A program made the translations under genes and the position numbers. DNA of 64,000 bases, taken from the NCBI GenBank assembly GCA_951406725.2, contig OX597824.1, positions 66,216,001 to 66,280,000 of the forward strand. The letters run 5' to 3'. Below the pieces are notes generated by a model, which had not been told where the DNA came from, did no database searches, and saw only the letters and a program-made list of their open reading frames with translations. The first letter of the stretch is position 1. The number at the start of each line of letters is the position of its first letter. Source of the stretch: Octopus vulgaris. Taxonomy: Eukaryota. Shown one piece after another: positions 1 through 12,860 of the stretch.

Positions 1-514
1 TATATAAATGAGTAATATAAGAAAAAAGTTTGAAGTAAGTCTGACAGCAAAACACACATTCCACCTCAAAGTGCAGCTATTTCAGACAAATATCTGTATG
101 CATGCAAAATTTTTGTGTTTTATCTATATATATATATATGAATGAATAGCTGCATGTGTGAGCTTTTGTTTGCTAATGAATGTGTTGGAGCAAACCCATG
201 TAAACATTCTTCTCAAAAGTTGCAACTTTAAGTGCAACTAATGCAAGTGAACATATACATACACAGAGACACATACACATGTGTATGTGTGTGTGTGTAT
301 GCACAGAGTTATTTCCAAACAGCAGACCAGAGCTGTTGCTTGTTGTGAAGTGCAACATTTTTGTCTCTTCATTCAGTGAAATAGAGCTGGGTGAAGGAAA
401 AACAATTACTGTCATAACAACTTTCACAAGGAAAGAAAGAGAAAAAAGAGAAAGGCAACATGCTAACACTGACTTCTGAGAGAGAGAAAGAAATAATTAG
501 TAACACACAACAAC

Positions 515-1360
515 TTTTTCTAGTTTGTTACAAAGCCAGCAATTTTGGAGGAAGTGGGTAAGTTCATTATGCTGACCCCACCAGTGATCAACTGGTACAT
601 ATATTATTGATTCTGAAAATCTAAAATCGCCAAGTCAAACTTAGCAGTATATGAACTCAGAATATAAAGCAGGGGGGGAAAAAATGGCACTAGGCATTTT
701 GGCTAACATGCTAATGATTCTACTGAATAATAATAATAATCCTTTCCACTATAGGCACAAGGCCTGACATTTTAGGGAGGGGTAAATCTATTACACTGAT
801 TCCAGTGCTCAACTGGTACCTATTTTATTGACCCCAAGAAAGATGAAAGGCAAAGTTGACCTCAGCAGAATTTGAACTCAGAACTAAAAACCACTAAACA
901 TTTTGTTTGACTCATTGGTAAATTCTACCAGCTAATAATAATAATAAAATTATTATTATTATTATTATTATTATTTCAAATTTTGACACAAGGCCAGCAA
1001 TTTCCAGGGAAAGGTTAAATAGCTGCATTTTGCCCGTCTTTACATTCTGAGTTCAAATTCTACTGAGGTCAACTTTGTCTTTCATCCTTTCATGGTTGAT
1101 AAAATAGGTACCAGTTGAGGACTGGGATCAACGATATCAACTTATTCCCTTCCCCGAAATTACCAGTCTTGTGCCAAAATTTGAACTTTTTACTGTTATT
1201 AATTTATTTAGCCATGCTTTCAGCTAAATCAAGAGAGAGTAGTTGATCGACAGATTTGCCAGAGCATCTGATGAAATGCCTTGCTGTATTTCTCATAGTT
1301 CTTTAAATTCTATCCTTCTCAAGTTGATAAAATAAAATACCAGTCAAGTATCAGGATTGA
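515..1360. mobile_element. Cluster of tRNA-derived SINE family A copies in both orientations
   Basis: Diagnostic core ttctgagttcaaatt...gaggtcaactttg...tttcatcc...gataaaata..taccagttgag with (AAT)n/(ATT)n linkers. Minus copies ~515-725 and ~738-935; plus copies ~1025-1190 and ~1235-1360. Confidence 0.85.
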
Positions 1361-1365
1361 TTTAA

Positions 1366-1584
1366 CCCTTTAGTGTTCAGATTATTCTATCAAACATAAT
1401 ACCTATTGATTCCCATTGATTTGAATTAATCATGCATTATCTCATATCTTCAAGATCTTGATAGTATAATTACTTAATGTAGAATAACATTGTAGGGTAG
1501 GTGTGAGAGCCTGGATCTGGTCAGTTTGAACATAAAACAGATTAACTATTTTGGCCGGATATGGCCAGTTTAAATACTAAAGGG
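1366..1584. mobile_element. piggyBac-type MITE, family P1 (other copies ~17708-18050, 19400-19617, ~26360-26580 reversed)
   Basis: TTAA|CCCTTTAG...CTAAAGGG|TTAA: terminal inverted repeats with a TTAA target-site duplication. The internal sequence is shared with the other copies. Confidence 0.85.
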
Positions 1585-1837
1585 TTAATCGATTGCTAAT
1601 CTCTACCATGCTAGCAATGGACTAAGTACGATAATAGCAGAACCAAAATCTCCACCATACTGACATACTGGATGGAATACACCGCTATCACATCAATATT
1701 ATCTATCTGTAGTGTCTTATACTACTGCGTGTGTGCATGCACACACACACTTGTTCATTAACATATACACACACTCATTCTGAAAAGTGAGCCCCTTTGA
1801 AAAAGAAAGAATGCAAAAGAAAAGGTAAATAATTATA

Positions 1838-2650
1838 TACAAGGTATGACCAATAAGTATCCAGACTGTTGCCTTAGTAATGATGCTAAGGCACATAGAG
1901 TGAAGCTGCTTGGCACAGATTGACCTTGAACTCTGCTGTACGCCCGCAGTCTACAGCAGTGCTTGGAATGAACACGTGTAGCATGTGATCATCACATTGA
2001 CCATGACAGAGAAAGTTGTCATGGTGATACCTGCTCATAGGCCTATGCAAAGTTGCAGAAAGTGTATGGAAAGGAGTGTATGAGCTGCACACAAGTGTAT
2101 GAATGGTTCAAATGTTTCCAAGATAGCTAAAGAAATGTCAGTATTGACAAACATTCTGGGAGACCCGCAACCAGCAAAACTAAGAAAAACATCACAGATG
2201 TGTGTGTAGCTATAAGTTATCAGATGTGCAGATTAGTTATGGTTCAGTTCAGTCTATTATCACTAAAGATTTCAGTATGAGACGCATAGCTGCTAAGTTT
2301 GTGCCAAAACTGCTTTCAGCTTATCAAATAAATAAAAATAAAAAAAAACTCAGGTTTCAGTTGCACAAGATCTCCTTGATTGCATCAAGAACAATGAAAA
2401 CTTTTTGTAAACTTTGCGTAGACCTTTGAGAAGGTACTGCCAAGCTTTTGGCAAAATTTGATGCAGATTCTCTGCTCAACTTCCTCTCCTTCCAAGAACT
2501 GTTGTAAACAGTGGAAGTGAGCTAGAATGTTAAAACTTAGTGTGCATGCACAGCAGAGTCCAAGAGGTCAATTTGTGCCAAGTGATTTCACTCTGCATGC
2601 TTTCGCTTTGTTACCATGGTGACAGTCCAAGTACCTATTTATTAGAAAAC
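1838..2650 (+). mobile_element. Rearranged mariner derivative with ~250-bp inverted ends
   Basis: Decayed transposase N-terminus (YEWFKCFQ; ISYGSVQSIITKDFSMRRIAAKFVPKLL). Bases ~2410-2650 are the reverse complement of the left end. Confidence 0.8.
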
Positions 2651-3899
2651 ATACATATATTGGCATTAAGTTATTCAGAGTCAACAAATGTTGTATAATA
2701 TAAGTTTCTAACACTTTTGTATTGCTATTTTCTTGAACCTACCAAAGTCTATTTCTATAAGTATATGTTCTTGTCTTTATGAAAAGTTCTGTCATATTTT
2801 ATCATCATCATCACGTCATCCACAGATGAACACCATCAACCACTTGTCCCCTTAACTCTCCTCCCACATCACACTTCATCTGCATCACCCTTCACCCGCA
2901 TCACTCTTCAACAGAGTCTGCAACCAGTTGGTTGATAAATTCCCTAATTCTTATGTCCCTTTCTATGTTTCATATCAGCATTTGACTCACTAGTACATTC
3001 TTGCTACAAAAGCACTGGCTGCAGAACCTCAGTCGTGTTTCCTTTATGGTAATCTCTGAGAGTTACCTCCACGACAAAGAACCTAGTTTGTTGTATGGGA
3101 CTGCCTTTTGATGTTTAGTGCTGGTCTCAGAAGTCACGTTTCAGTTGTACCAATTACAAAGTAAGATGATGGATACATTCCTTGACTACCACAATCATGA
3201 ATTTATTAGCTAAGTCAATGTAATATCTTAGCTATTCAACTTTAGATAAATTTATAGTAATTTGTAATGCTATGTCTATTGTTATTATGACATGAGTGGA
3301 AAATCTGACGTGTTCACTTCCAAAAGACTCTGAATTCAAATTGGACTGAGGGATAACTTTGCACTTCATCTTCTGATTTAATAAAATGAAACACTTCACT
3401 GAATGGACTACATGCACCCCAAACAAGTTTGTAAATTTGTCAGTGTGAAAAATCCTGATTATTATTATAATTATGAAGTTTGAACTCAGAACATAAAGAT
3501 TCAGAACTCTACTAGGTCACATAATAGGGAGTCTAATGTGACCCCCCACACACACACACACAAAGAAAAATTGATGCATGAAATTCTAGAACTCTATTGA
3601 GCATCAACAAAAGTCAGTATAAGTTTTTTTGGCAGAATTCTAGGCGATTTAGCTGTTATTTTTAGCACATCTCACGACTACTGGATACCTTCCTCGTTTC
3701 TTCCTCACTCTGACATATATTGATGTTTTCCAATATTTTTCTCCCTATAAACACATTTTGTGGAATGGATAATACATGCAAGGGTGGTCCATTGCAGAAT
3801 TTAAGTAAAAAATATTCAGACAGTCCAAATTTTAAACTCTAATTTTAAATAAATAAAAAAAAGAACAAATTCCAAAAAGAATGGGATTTTTAAGATTTA

Positions 3900-4950
3900 T
3901 AAGGGCGAGGGGGCTTAAGAATTTTTTTTTTTCATAATCGTATGATTTACCCGTATACAGAACACAAATTTGCGAAATTTTCTGAAAATTCGAAAAAATA
4001 AAATAAAAGAAAATTTTCCGCCAGCTTTTACTTATTTTTTTTTAAGAGTAGGCTTCCAACCATTTATCTTGGAATAATAATAATAATAATGAAATATGTA
4101 CAAGGGTCAGGGTTAGCAACTAAAAGTCAATCGAAAAATAATAAAAATACTTTCCATAACTTGAAAAGAGGTCATTGCAACGAGTAACCATTTAAACGGG
4201 TTTTGTTATCCCGGTCATAAAACGAAAACAAACTGGTTTAAACCGTCGAAATAAAAACAGAATTTCTTTGTCAAGGGCAGATAATAATACATATGTATAT
4301 TTTTGTTAGAGTTACTTCCCTTGCATCGCTTGCTACAAGACCTTGCGGGTATGCAATTACATAGATCTGTATGCTGTCGTTCACCCGGGAAGACATAAAT
4401 AGGATCTAAATTCTTTACCCAAATCGAACACGATTTTCTTATGCAAAAAAAGACACATAAGATAATTGAGCTCAAATTATGTTTCAATAAAAGACCGTAA
4501 CCACTAAAGTGTCATCCATCAAAAGCCTTCATTGGTCATGTTCGACCTAGGAATAATCAACTCAATTCTAATTAAAAGATGAGAAACCGAATATGAAAAG
4601 TTTATTTCATATCGTAATATATTAGTGAACAATGTTGTCGTCGTCTGTCATACATTTCAAACAGACGAATCATTGGTTGTCTGCATTTACGACAGTGGGG
4701 GTAGGTGACAAAGGAGTATCTGGGGTGTAAGAACCTTTTCGGAACCTTGCATTATCATTTTGCTCGTCGATCGCATAATCGCGCGGGCACAAGCATAAGA
4801 AAACCAGTAACGAACTACATCAGCAAAAAAAATTATAGAAACGGAAGTTTAAACACCTAAAACATTAAATTCTACTTTCCCCTCACAGCATACGAATTTA
4901 ACCAAAATCATTGAATTTATTTATTCATACATACATACAATCACACGCGC
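3900..4950. promoter_or_regulatory. CpG-retaining island, candidate promoter/enhancer
   Basis: Dozens of CpGs in ~1 kb against a depleted background. Contains ATTGG (CCAAT) boxes near 4532 and 4672, ACGGAAGT (ETS-like) at 4841 and TCGCGCGGGC near 4779. Confidence 0.4.
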
Positions 4951-4984
4951 ACATCTCTGAAGGAAAGTAGGAGGAAGAAACTTA

Positions 4985-5975
4985 AGATCTGCAAAGGCAG
5001 CCTTCAAGTGTAGTACAATATTGTTTAGGTAACACCATTATAAAACAAGAGGCAGCAAAACTAGATACATCAATAAAATACTGAAAAATTAAGTGCCCAG
5101 ACGTCTTGTATGAATCCAGAAGTGTAGGGTTTGCATATCTCAGCAAAGATCTAGAAAAAAAAAATACTTTGCATACCACAAAAAGGTTATGTATGGATTT
5201 GTTTCCTATAAACTAGGAAAGGATGACAATATTAATGTGAAAACATGAAGTATAACCTCTCCTGGACTTGTGACCATTACATCACATCAAATCTATAAGG
5301 TTATTCTCTTGCAATGCAAGTGCAAGAGGTAATTCGAAAATGGGACAGTAGAGTCTTAAAACCTCAAGATGCAACTGCAAGTATCAATTATGTCACTCTT
5401 CTGTAGAGGACACAGCACATGGAATCAGCAGCTGTCCAAAAAAGTCAGGATACTACCTATGACATGATGTTGCTAAAACAATAAATAATACCATCCATAG
5501 AAAAAAGACTGTCCAATGATAAGTATTTATTAGATCTTTGCTATGGAATACATAAATAACAGCACAAAGATTATTGGTGCCACATTCCTATCAAAGTTTC
5601 TACCAAATGTCAACATAATAGACCCTACATATATAGTCATTTGGGACAGAAAAGAAAGGCCATGTAGCCATAGAAGTTAGCTGTCCTGCAAACGTGAACA
5701 TCTCTTCCAAAATCGGCAAGTAGAAGAATAACTATGGACAACTACTTTGAAACCTGCAACTCCTACCATGACTATAAATTTACATTCATTCTAATAATCA
5801 CTAGTACAAGTGGTTATGTTAGTAAATGCCTAAGCGAAACAGTAAAAATATGCAAAACTTTCTTAAAGTTCATATGTAACAATTATCATTGTTGTGATCC
5901 AAACTCCAATGATGGAAAGTTTGTTTCTTTGTTAGAAAGCAGTTCTCTCATTCTAGAAAAAATACTTATAAGATG
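4985..5975 (+). mobile_element. Decayed RLE-type non-LTR retrotransposon 3' portion (R4/Dong-like)
   Basis: Frameshifted translation shows a CCHC knuckle (CH..VEDTAHGISSCPK), HD.VAKT, KCQHNRP(Y/D)I and AIEVSCP restriction-like endonuclease motifs. Confidence 0.7.
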
Positions 5976-6049
5976 AACATACATACATCACAAATTCATA
6001 TTTAAATGCAAATACATACACACATTACATATATATACATATATATAAC

Positions 6050-7441
6050 ATCATCATCATCATTATTTAATGTCCACCTTTCATGCTGGTATGGGTGGGA
6101 CAGTTTGACAGGAGATGGTCAGGCACCAGACTTCTGTGACCATTTTGGCAGTTTATGCAGCTGGATGCCCTTCCTAACACCAACTACTCAGCAGAGTGGA
6201 CTTAGTGCTTTTTACATGGCACAAGCACAGGTGAGGTCAGTTTTGGCGAGGTTTTTACAGCTGAATGTCTTTTCAAATGCCAACCACTTTACCATGTGGA
6301 CTGGGTGCTTTTTAAGTGGCACCTGCACTGACAGGTCACCAAGTAACATGTAAGACAAAAATCTTTTGAGAGGGGAGGGGGGCATTGGAGGAATTGATCT
6401 TGTGTCAAATGATGAAAGGTTATAGTGAGACAGAGAGACTGAAATGGCCAGAGAAAGAGGTCAAAATTGAAGACAAACAGGTATGTTGCCACAAAGGAGA
6501 TACATGGTTACCCAAACTGAGGCAGAAGGAGAGAGAGAGTGGGAGACAGCAGGATAGAGAGGGTGGCAAAGTACTGGGCATACTCAAAAGGGACGGGGAT
6601 GAGAATATAAATGGAATGGTTGAGTAAAGGAAGAGAGATATAGATGGTGGCAAGTGCCTGGGAATACCTTTGAGGTTCGAAGGTCATAATATAAGTGGCT
6701 GGATATTGTGAAAGAAGCGTGATTAGAGAGTGAAGGGGTGGGGGAGAGGTGAACACCTAGGTATAGAGCGGGGGGGGGGGAGTAGTGAAAACCTGGGTAT
6801 ATATAGTGTGTGTGTGGAGGGGTACCAGATAACAATAATATAGAGAAACAGCCCCCCCCCCCCGTGAGGACAGGATCGGGGAGTGAGAGGTAGGCATAGT
6901 GTATGAAGGAGGAAATGTGAGGAAAAGTAGAGATGTAGATTGGTTTGTTGCGGGTTGGGTGTGTGGAAAGTTTTCCTGTTAAGTGGGGGTGGAACACATA
7001 GGTTGGGGGATGGGGAGGGTAGCAGATACCAATGATACAGTGAGACAGGGCCAAGAGGGCAGGATTGGGAAGTGAGAGGTAAGCATAATGCATGAAGTAG
7101 AAATGTAAGGAAGAAAAGAGAACTAGGGTGTGTGAGAAGTTTTCTTGTTAAGTGTGGTGGGACACATAGCCCTTCTAGAACTCGGTTTTGCACAGGTCTT
7201 GTCAAGAACTTCATATCACTAGACATCTCAGTCCACTGTCATTTTCTTCCTGACAACATCCTGAGACAGGTCCTTCATCCCATGTCCTCCTGGGTCTCCC
7301 ACTTCTGCAGTTACTGTCCACTTTCAGTCTTTAGTCCATCTTTATGCAGCTGTCCTCATTCATATGCATCACATGTACAAACCAATGTAGTCTTCTCTCT
7401 TGCATACTACATTTGATTCCTCTTATGCCCAACTTTTCTCA
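6050..7441 (-). mobile_element. 5'-truncated RTE-clade LINE: ORF C-terminus, long C-rich 3' UTR and (GAT)n tail
   Basis: Minus strand reads EKLGIRGIKCSMQERRLHWFVHVMHMNEDSC...GRPRRTWDE. The 3' end carries gttggtgttaggaagggcatccagc and a (GAT)n tail, seen as (cat)n at ~6050. The UTR has a ~190-bp internal duplication (~6869-7001 vs ~7057-7169). Confidence 0.85.
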
Positions 7442-7499
7442 CTACATTTGTATATTTGTGTGTTTGTGTGTGGATAGATAGATAGATATGTATAGCAGT

Positions 7500-7612
7500 A
7501 GAGGGAACCTGTGGAAGAAGTAGACAAAGGAAGACCTGGGATGAGGTGGTGAAGCATTACCTTTGAGCGTTGGAAGCAATGACGAGTGACCAAGAACTTT
7601 GGAGATATGCAT
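7500..7612 (+). mobile_element. RTE LINE C-terminal fragment
   Basis: Reads approximately CGRSRQRKTWDEVVK...AMTSDQELWRYA, the same C-terminal motif as the adjacent RTE copy. Confidence 0.6.
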
Positions 7613-8289
7613 ATTTATGTAACATAAACTTTGTAATATTGACAAATGTGTAAGACAATTTTACATGTTTTTCTTTTCTTTTATGCTTTTTAAGAATAAG
7701 GTTGCCAAGTGTAATTTATTAAGGATTATTCATTGCCTTCAAGGAATTACCAAAAGACAATGTGAAATGGATTGTTATTTTTAATAAAGCACTTTCAATA
7801 GTAACACTCTTTCATGCTGTGAACATGACTAGAATAAGCAAACCGGAGGCCTATGCCTTGTTAAAGGCATAGGCCTCAAAAGCCATCGTAGCTGAGACTG
7901 GGATGTAACTGGTGTAAGCTTCAAAAAGCTGATAACTTGTATTGCTACATTATCTGCTTCATGTTTGTCTTTTATACTTCTATAAAGGAACATTGTCTCA
8001 ACAAGAAATCACAATCTGAAGGAGGAGTATGTGACTCCTGTCAGTATCAAGCAAATGAAAGACCAAAATGATGAAGTTATAGTATGGTCAAAATGTGTGT
8101 GGTGTTCTCTTGAATTGAAAGTAAATGCTAGTGATATTTTGACCTTTTTTTATTATATCACACTATGATATATTTACAGATGACACATTCTCAAGAGAAG
8201 GAAATGAGAGATCATGTGCCAGTAATGTTACATGGCCAGAGGAAATAGCTGAAATTGTGTGTGCGTGCGTGCACATATGTCATAAAAAT

Positions 8290-9155
8290 TGTTTCCAATT
8301 TTGGCACAAAGACAGCAATTATAGTGAGAGGGCTCTAAGTCATTTACATCACCCCCAGTACTCAAATGGCACTTATTTTAGCAACCCTGAAAGGATGAAA
8401 GACAAAATCAACCTCAGCAGAATTTAATCTCAGAGCTGGAGGAAATGCCAATAAGCACTTTCGGAGCTGCACTGATGATTCTACCAGATCCACACTAATA
8501 ATAATTTTTTTCTAATTTTGGTAGAAGGCCAGCAATTTTAAGGGGAGAGGGTTAGTTAAACTATCAACTTTAGTAACTGACTGGTACTTTACCAATCCTC
8601 AAAAGGATGGAAGTCAAATTTGATCTTGGTAAGATATGAACTCTGAATGTAGAGAGCCAAAAGAAATGCTACAGTGTATTTTGTCCAACACTAACAATAC
8701 TGTGAGCTCCCTATCTTAATAATTATTTCAAATTTTGACACAAAACCAGCAATCTTTGGGGAGTGAGTAAGTCTTCGCTGACCCAAGTGCTTCGTTGGTA
8801 TTTTACTTCATTGACCCCGCAAGGATGAAAAGCAAAATCAACCTCAGTGGAATTTGAACTCAGAACATAAGGCCAGAAGAAATGACACTAAGAATTTTGT
8901 CTGACATGCTAATGATTCTGCTAGCTCATTGCTCTAAATAATAATCATTTTGGCATAAGGCTTGCAATTTGCGGGGAGTGTATTAGTCAATTACACTGAC
9001 ACCAGTGCTTGACTAGTATTTATTTTATCAACCACCAAAAGGATGAAAGACAAAGTTGACCTCGGTGGAATTTGAATATAGAACGTAATGAGTTGGAAGA
9101 AATTTTGCAAAGCATTTCTTCTGGTGCTCTAATGATTGTCCAGCCCATTGCCAAG
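8290..9155 (-). mobile_element. Four head-to-tail SINE family A copies
   Basis: Four ~210-bp units, each with aaggatgaaa..caaa.t..acctc.g..gaatttgaactc, separated by taataat linkers. Confidence 0.85.
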
Positions 9156-9525
9156 TTATGTCACAGATGTATCATGCCTCATAAATATAGATGATTATCA
9201 TAAAATAACAACAAAGTAAAAGTGGATATAATTGTGTATGTGTGTTTAAAAGCTGAATCTACTGCAAAGCAATTGTTATAATTCCAACATTCAGGTCATA
9301 TCACTTGTCGAACAAGTGCAACTCAATTTATTATCACCATCAAACAAACAACACACACACACACGGATAAATAGATGGGTTCCTGCAAAATAACAGTTTA
9401 TATTTCTCCTCCGTATATCACACCAAACGTCAATGAATATGAAACTGACCAAGATCACCTGAACCAATGTACGAATTTAAAAATCCCAATTGAAACGCCT
9501 ATATGGGGCTCCAGTATGGCCTTAC

Positions 9526-9595
9526 CAAAGAGGTTTTAAACCAAGCAAAGTGCAATGTGAATGATAGCCTAAGACTTCAGCAAGCTGACACCAAC
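9526..9595 (-). CDS. Candidate downstream exon (phase 0 reads VGVSLLKS-stop; phase 1 reads WCQLAEVLGYHSHCTLLGLKPL)
   Basis: Acceptor tttctatataattag|GTT and donor TTG|gtaagg in non-repetitive sequence. The reading frame is ambiguous. Confidence 0.25.
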
Positions 9596-11234
9596 CTAAT
9601 TATATAGAAATATATCATAAGAATTTAGAAACATCGAAAGACATGAAATAAGTCAGTTTTAATGATGGAACTTAAAGTAGATAAAGCTATAAATACTGTT
9701 GAGGTAGGGGAGGAGAAAGAGAGAATTTACTAAATCCGTCCAAAACCTTGATTACATTGAAAACTGGCGAAACACTTTTGGCAGACAACTTGTTAGAAAT
9801 ATAAAGATGAAAGGGTGGAAACTATAATGTTGATTGATTAATTGACTAAAATATTGATTGATATACACAGAGAAATAGAAATGAGCTTAAATATAGTAAA
9901 CTATACTTACATACATACACATACATACATACCTATATATATATATCTATATCTATTACATTCAGAAATATATAGAGACGTAGTTGGATAGATTGTTAGC
10001 TAAGAAATCCAAAGAAAGAAAAACCCACTTAAGCAGTGAGAGCAAGCCAAGTGTTGACACCTTGGCTAAAAAGCTCAACTACTCTTTATAATGCCTTGAT
10101 TTAAAAGTGAGTAAACTGTCTGTCCTCTGCAGGTATGAAATGAGAGACATTAGCTGAAAAAAAAAAAAAATAAAGGTGGTGCTTCCTGTAATCTGTACCA
10201 GTAAACAGTACACCAATCAGTAAGCATTGGGGGATAAAAAAAAAAATGTAGAAGTGTCAGCCTAGCTTCAAAATGGGTTGGTTCATAATTGCCTAGACAA
10301 GCATTTGTTGTATCAGAGAGAGGAAGAGGAGGGAGAGAGGAAGAGAGAGTAAGAAAGAAGAACAGAAAATATTATACATGGTAGTGACATTTGGGTGCAC
10401 TCTACACATTTCGACATGTCAATTGCTCTGTGTGTAGTATTTAACTGAAAGTTGACATTTGCAATAATTGCTTCATTCATCATCCAGTACAAACATAGCA
10501 CTACCTACACAAAGTGTACTATAGTTAGCATGTCATTCACAAGCAAAGAAAAATAAAAACTCAACTGAATACAACGTGTTGCATGCAATAAATATATCAA
10601 ACAGAACATGCGCAACAGTTGCACCACTTAACCCTTCATTTAAAAGTACTAAGTACAGCAATACTGGATCAACAGAACATTATGTTTCCAAGTTATGACA
10701 CCATGATAGCTTATTGATTTTTGACAGAGGCAGAGGACATAATCTAATGAAGGAAAAGAAAATGAAACTGTGTCATTCTATTCTATCTGAAGTTTATTCT
10801 GATTGAAGCAGCATTTCCAATTAAGACTCCAATTAAAGTTCCAATTAAGGTTCTAGGAACCCTAGGATTCAATGAGACACCACAAAAAAATAGTGATAAA
10901 TATTGCTATCTATCATTTGGAATCATTTTTATGTTTAATTCTATATTTGTAATTTTATCATATACACTCATGACATACTCATTAAGGTAAAAAAAAAAGT
11001 CCTGGCTTCTGTATGTAATAAAAAAAAAAACAATACAGTAGTGATTAATAGGGAAATATAGATGAGTTTAGTCTAAACAAGGTTTTGGTTTAAGATAAAA
11101 TTGCTTAATCCTTTTACTGCAGAAATCAGATATATCCACTAAAATTTTCATTACCATTAACTTCAGAGGGCACAATCTATCTTTTGTTGAGGAATGTCAC
11201 ATTTGAAATTATTTTTTGTTGAGATATAAGATGA

Positions 11235-11632
11235 AGACGTGCCTGTGTGGTAAGAAGCTTGCTTCCCAACCACATGATTCCTGGTTCAGTCACTCAGTGT
11301 GGCACTTTGGGCAAGTGTCTTCTATAGCCTCGGGCCAACTAAAGCCTTTAAGTGGATTTGGTAGATGGAAACTGAAAGAAGCCCGTTGCATATACACACA
11401 CACACACATACAACATGTGTGTTTCTTTGTGTCTGTGTTTGTCCTCCCACCATCACTTGACAACTGGTGTGGATGTGTTTACGTTCCTGTAGCTTAGTGG
11501 TTTGGCAAAGAGACTGATAGAACAAAGACTGAACTTAAAAATAAGCCCTGGGGTTGAATTGTTTGACAAAAACACTTCAAAGTGGTGCTCCAGCATGGCT
11601 GCAGTCAAATGACTGAAACAAGTAAAAGAACA
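11235..11632 (+). mobile_element. CORE-type tRNA-derived SINE
   Basis: tRNA-like head (gtgtggtaagaagcttgcttcccaacc...ggttcagtc), CORE-like ggcactttgggcaagtgtcttc, internal (CA)n and tail gtggtgctccagcatggctgcagtc...ctgaaacaag. Related pieces at ~42220-42365 and ~47430-47490. Confidence 0.75.
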
Positions 11633-12439
11633 TGTCAAGTTTATTGAGGCAACATGACTTGCAGAAAATATCAGTTCCATTTTTTGCTGGATATTTTACA
11701 TCATTACTGAAATAACTATGAAAATTTAAGGGTTAATTATCTTTGTGGTATCTGATGGATTTAGTACTAAGAAATTTTTAAAAGACAAATTTTATTTGTT
11801 TTACTCTTATGAAATTTGACTTATGAAAGAGGAAGACACAGTGTTTTGGTATGTGTAACCAAAAAGACTAAAATGCTTTTTCTGTTGAGATTGAAATTGA
11901 TAGGTGCATGTAGAAAACAAAAGGATAAAGTGCCTAAAACTACCTTATTAGTATGTAAAACTATACATAATATACAGTTATATATTATATCTACAGAAAA
12001 ATGATCTCTGATTGGCTGTTACACTTCAAAATGTTTGTTTCATCGGCCCAATGGATCAGCCTCAAAGACTTTTCAGCTTGAATCACTTGGGCCGATCAAT
12101 GGGCCCTGGTATCCCAGGAGAGTTAATAAAGACATATAGTAATTCTCATGGAGGGAATCCCTGATACATGGAGTATATTTCAAGGACTTCCCAAGAGTGA
12201 AAAAGCTGAGAAGCAATGATCTACTGTATAAGGTCACTCACAGTATAAAATTATCTATAGCAGTGGTTCTCAAACAGTGACCAGCAGATTTTTTTAAAAA
12301 CATAATTCAAAGATTGAGAAGAACAATATTAATAATATTTGAGCATTTTGAAAAACCATGTTATTCAAAATTTTGCTATATAAAAGTATGATTAATAAAA
12401 CATAGTAAGCAAAAGCTTTCTATTTTTCCTCAACTTTAA

Positions 12440-12860
12440 TACAGTTTTGGGTAATGACCAGAAGAATATGACTGCGAATATGAGTAACTAAAATAGGGCT
12501 CCTCTGAAGAATTTCTGGAGTGAGGTAATTCAACCAGGTGTGTAGCTTGGAGATCCGGAAGTCTCTCCAGGTTAAACTGATACTTCTCTGCATTGAAAGG
12601 TCACAGCTCTGATACTACAGACATGTGATTAGAATGTTGCAGGAAAGAATTACAGCATAGATTCTTGAAGCTGAGCCAACCAGCAGGAGACCAAAGGGTA
12701 GACCAAGAATGAAATGTTTGGATAATAGCCATGGTCTCAGTTGGCCATGCTTGAGAATCCAGCTGGAAAGTATAATGGTAACTGCTTCTGACAGGATCCT
12801 TAAGAGGGAGGTGCTTGAGGTCTGACAATCCCATGAGTGGTGGGCAGAGATGGATGGATG
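12440..12860 (+). mobile_element. RTE LINE 3' fragment, second family
   Basis: Decayed frame IERSQL*YYRHVIRMLQERITA*ILEAEPTSRRPKGRPRMKCLD followed by a short (GATG) tail. Confidence 0.75.

Noticed and set aside
6584-7226. Longest ORFs in the track (167-169 aa, Pro/Leu/His-rich)
   Set aside because: They fall in the C-rich 3' UTR of an RTE LINE; the openness is compositional.
11235-11310. tRNA-like heads with A/B boxes as tRNA genes
   Set aside because: They are SINE heads continuing into repeat bodies and do not form a complete cloverleaf.
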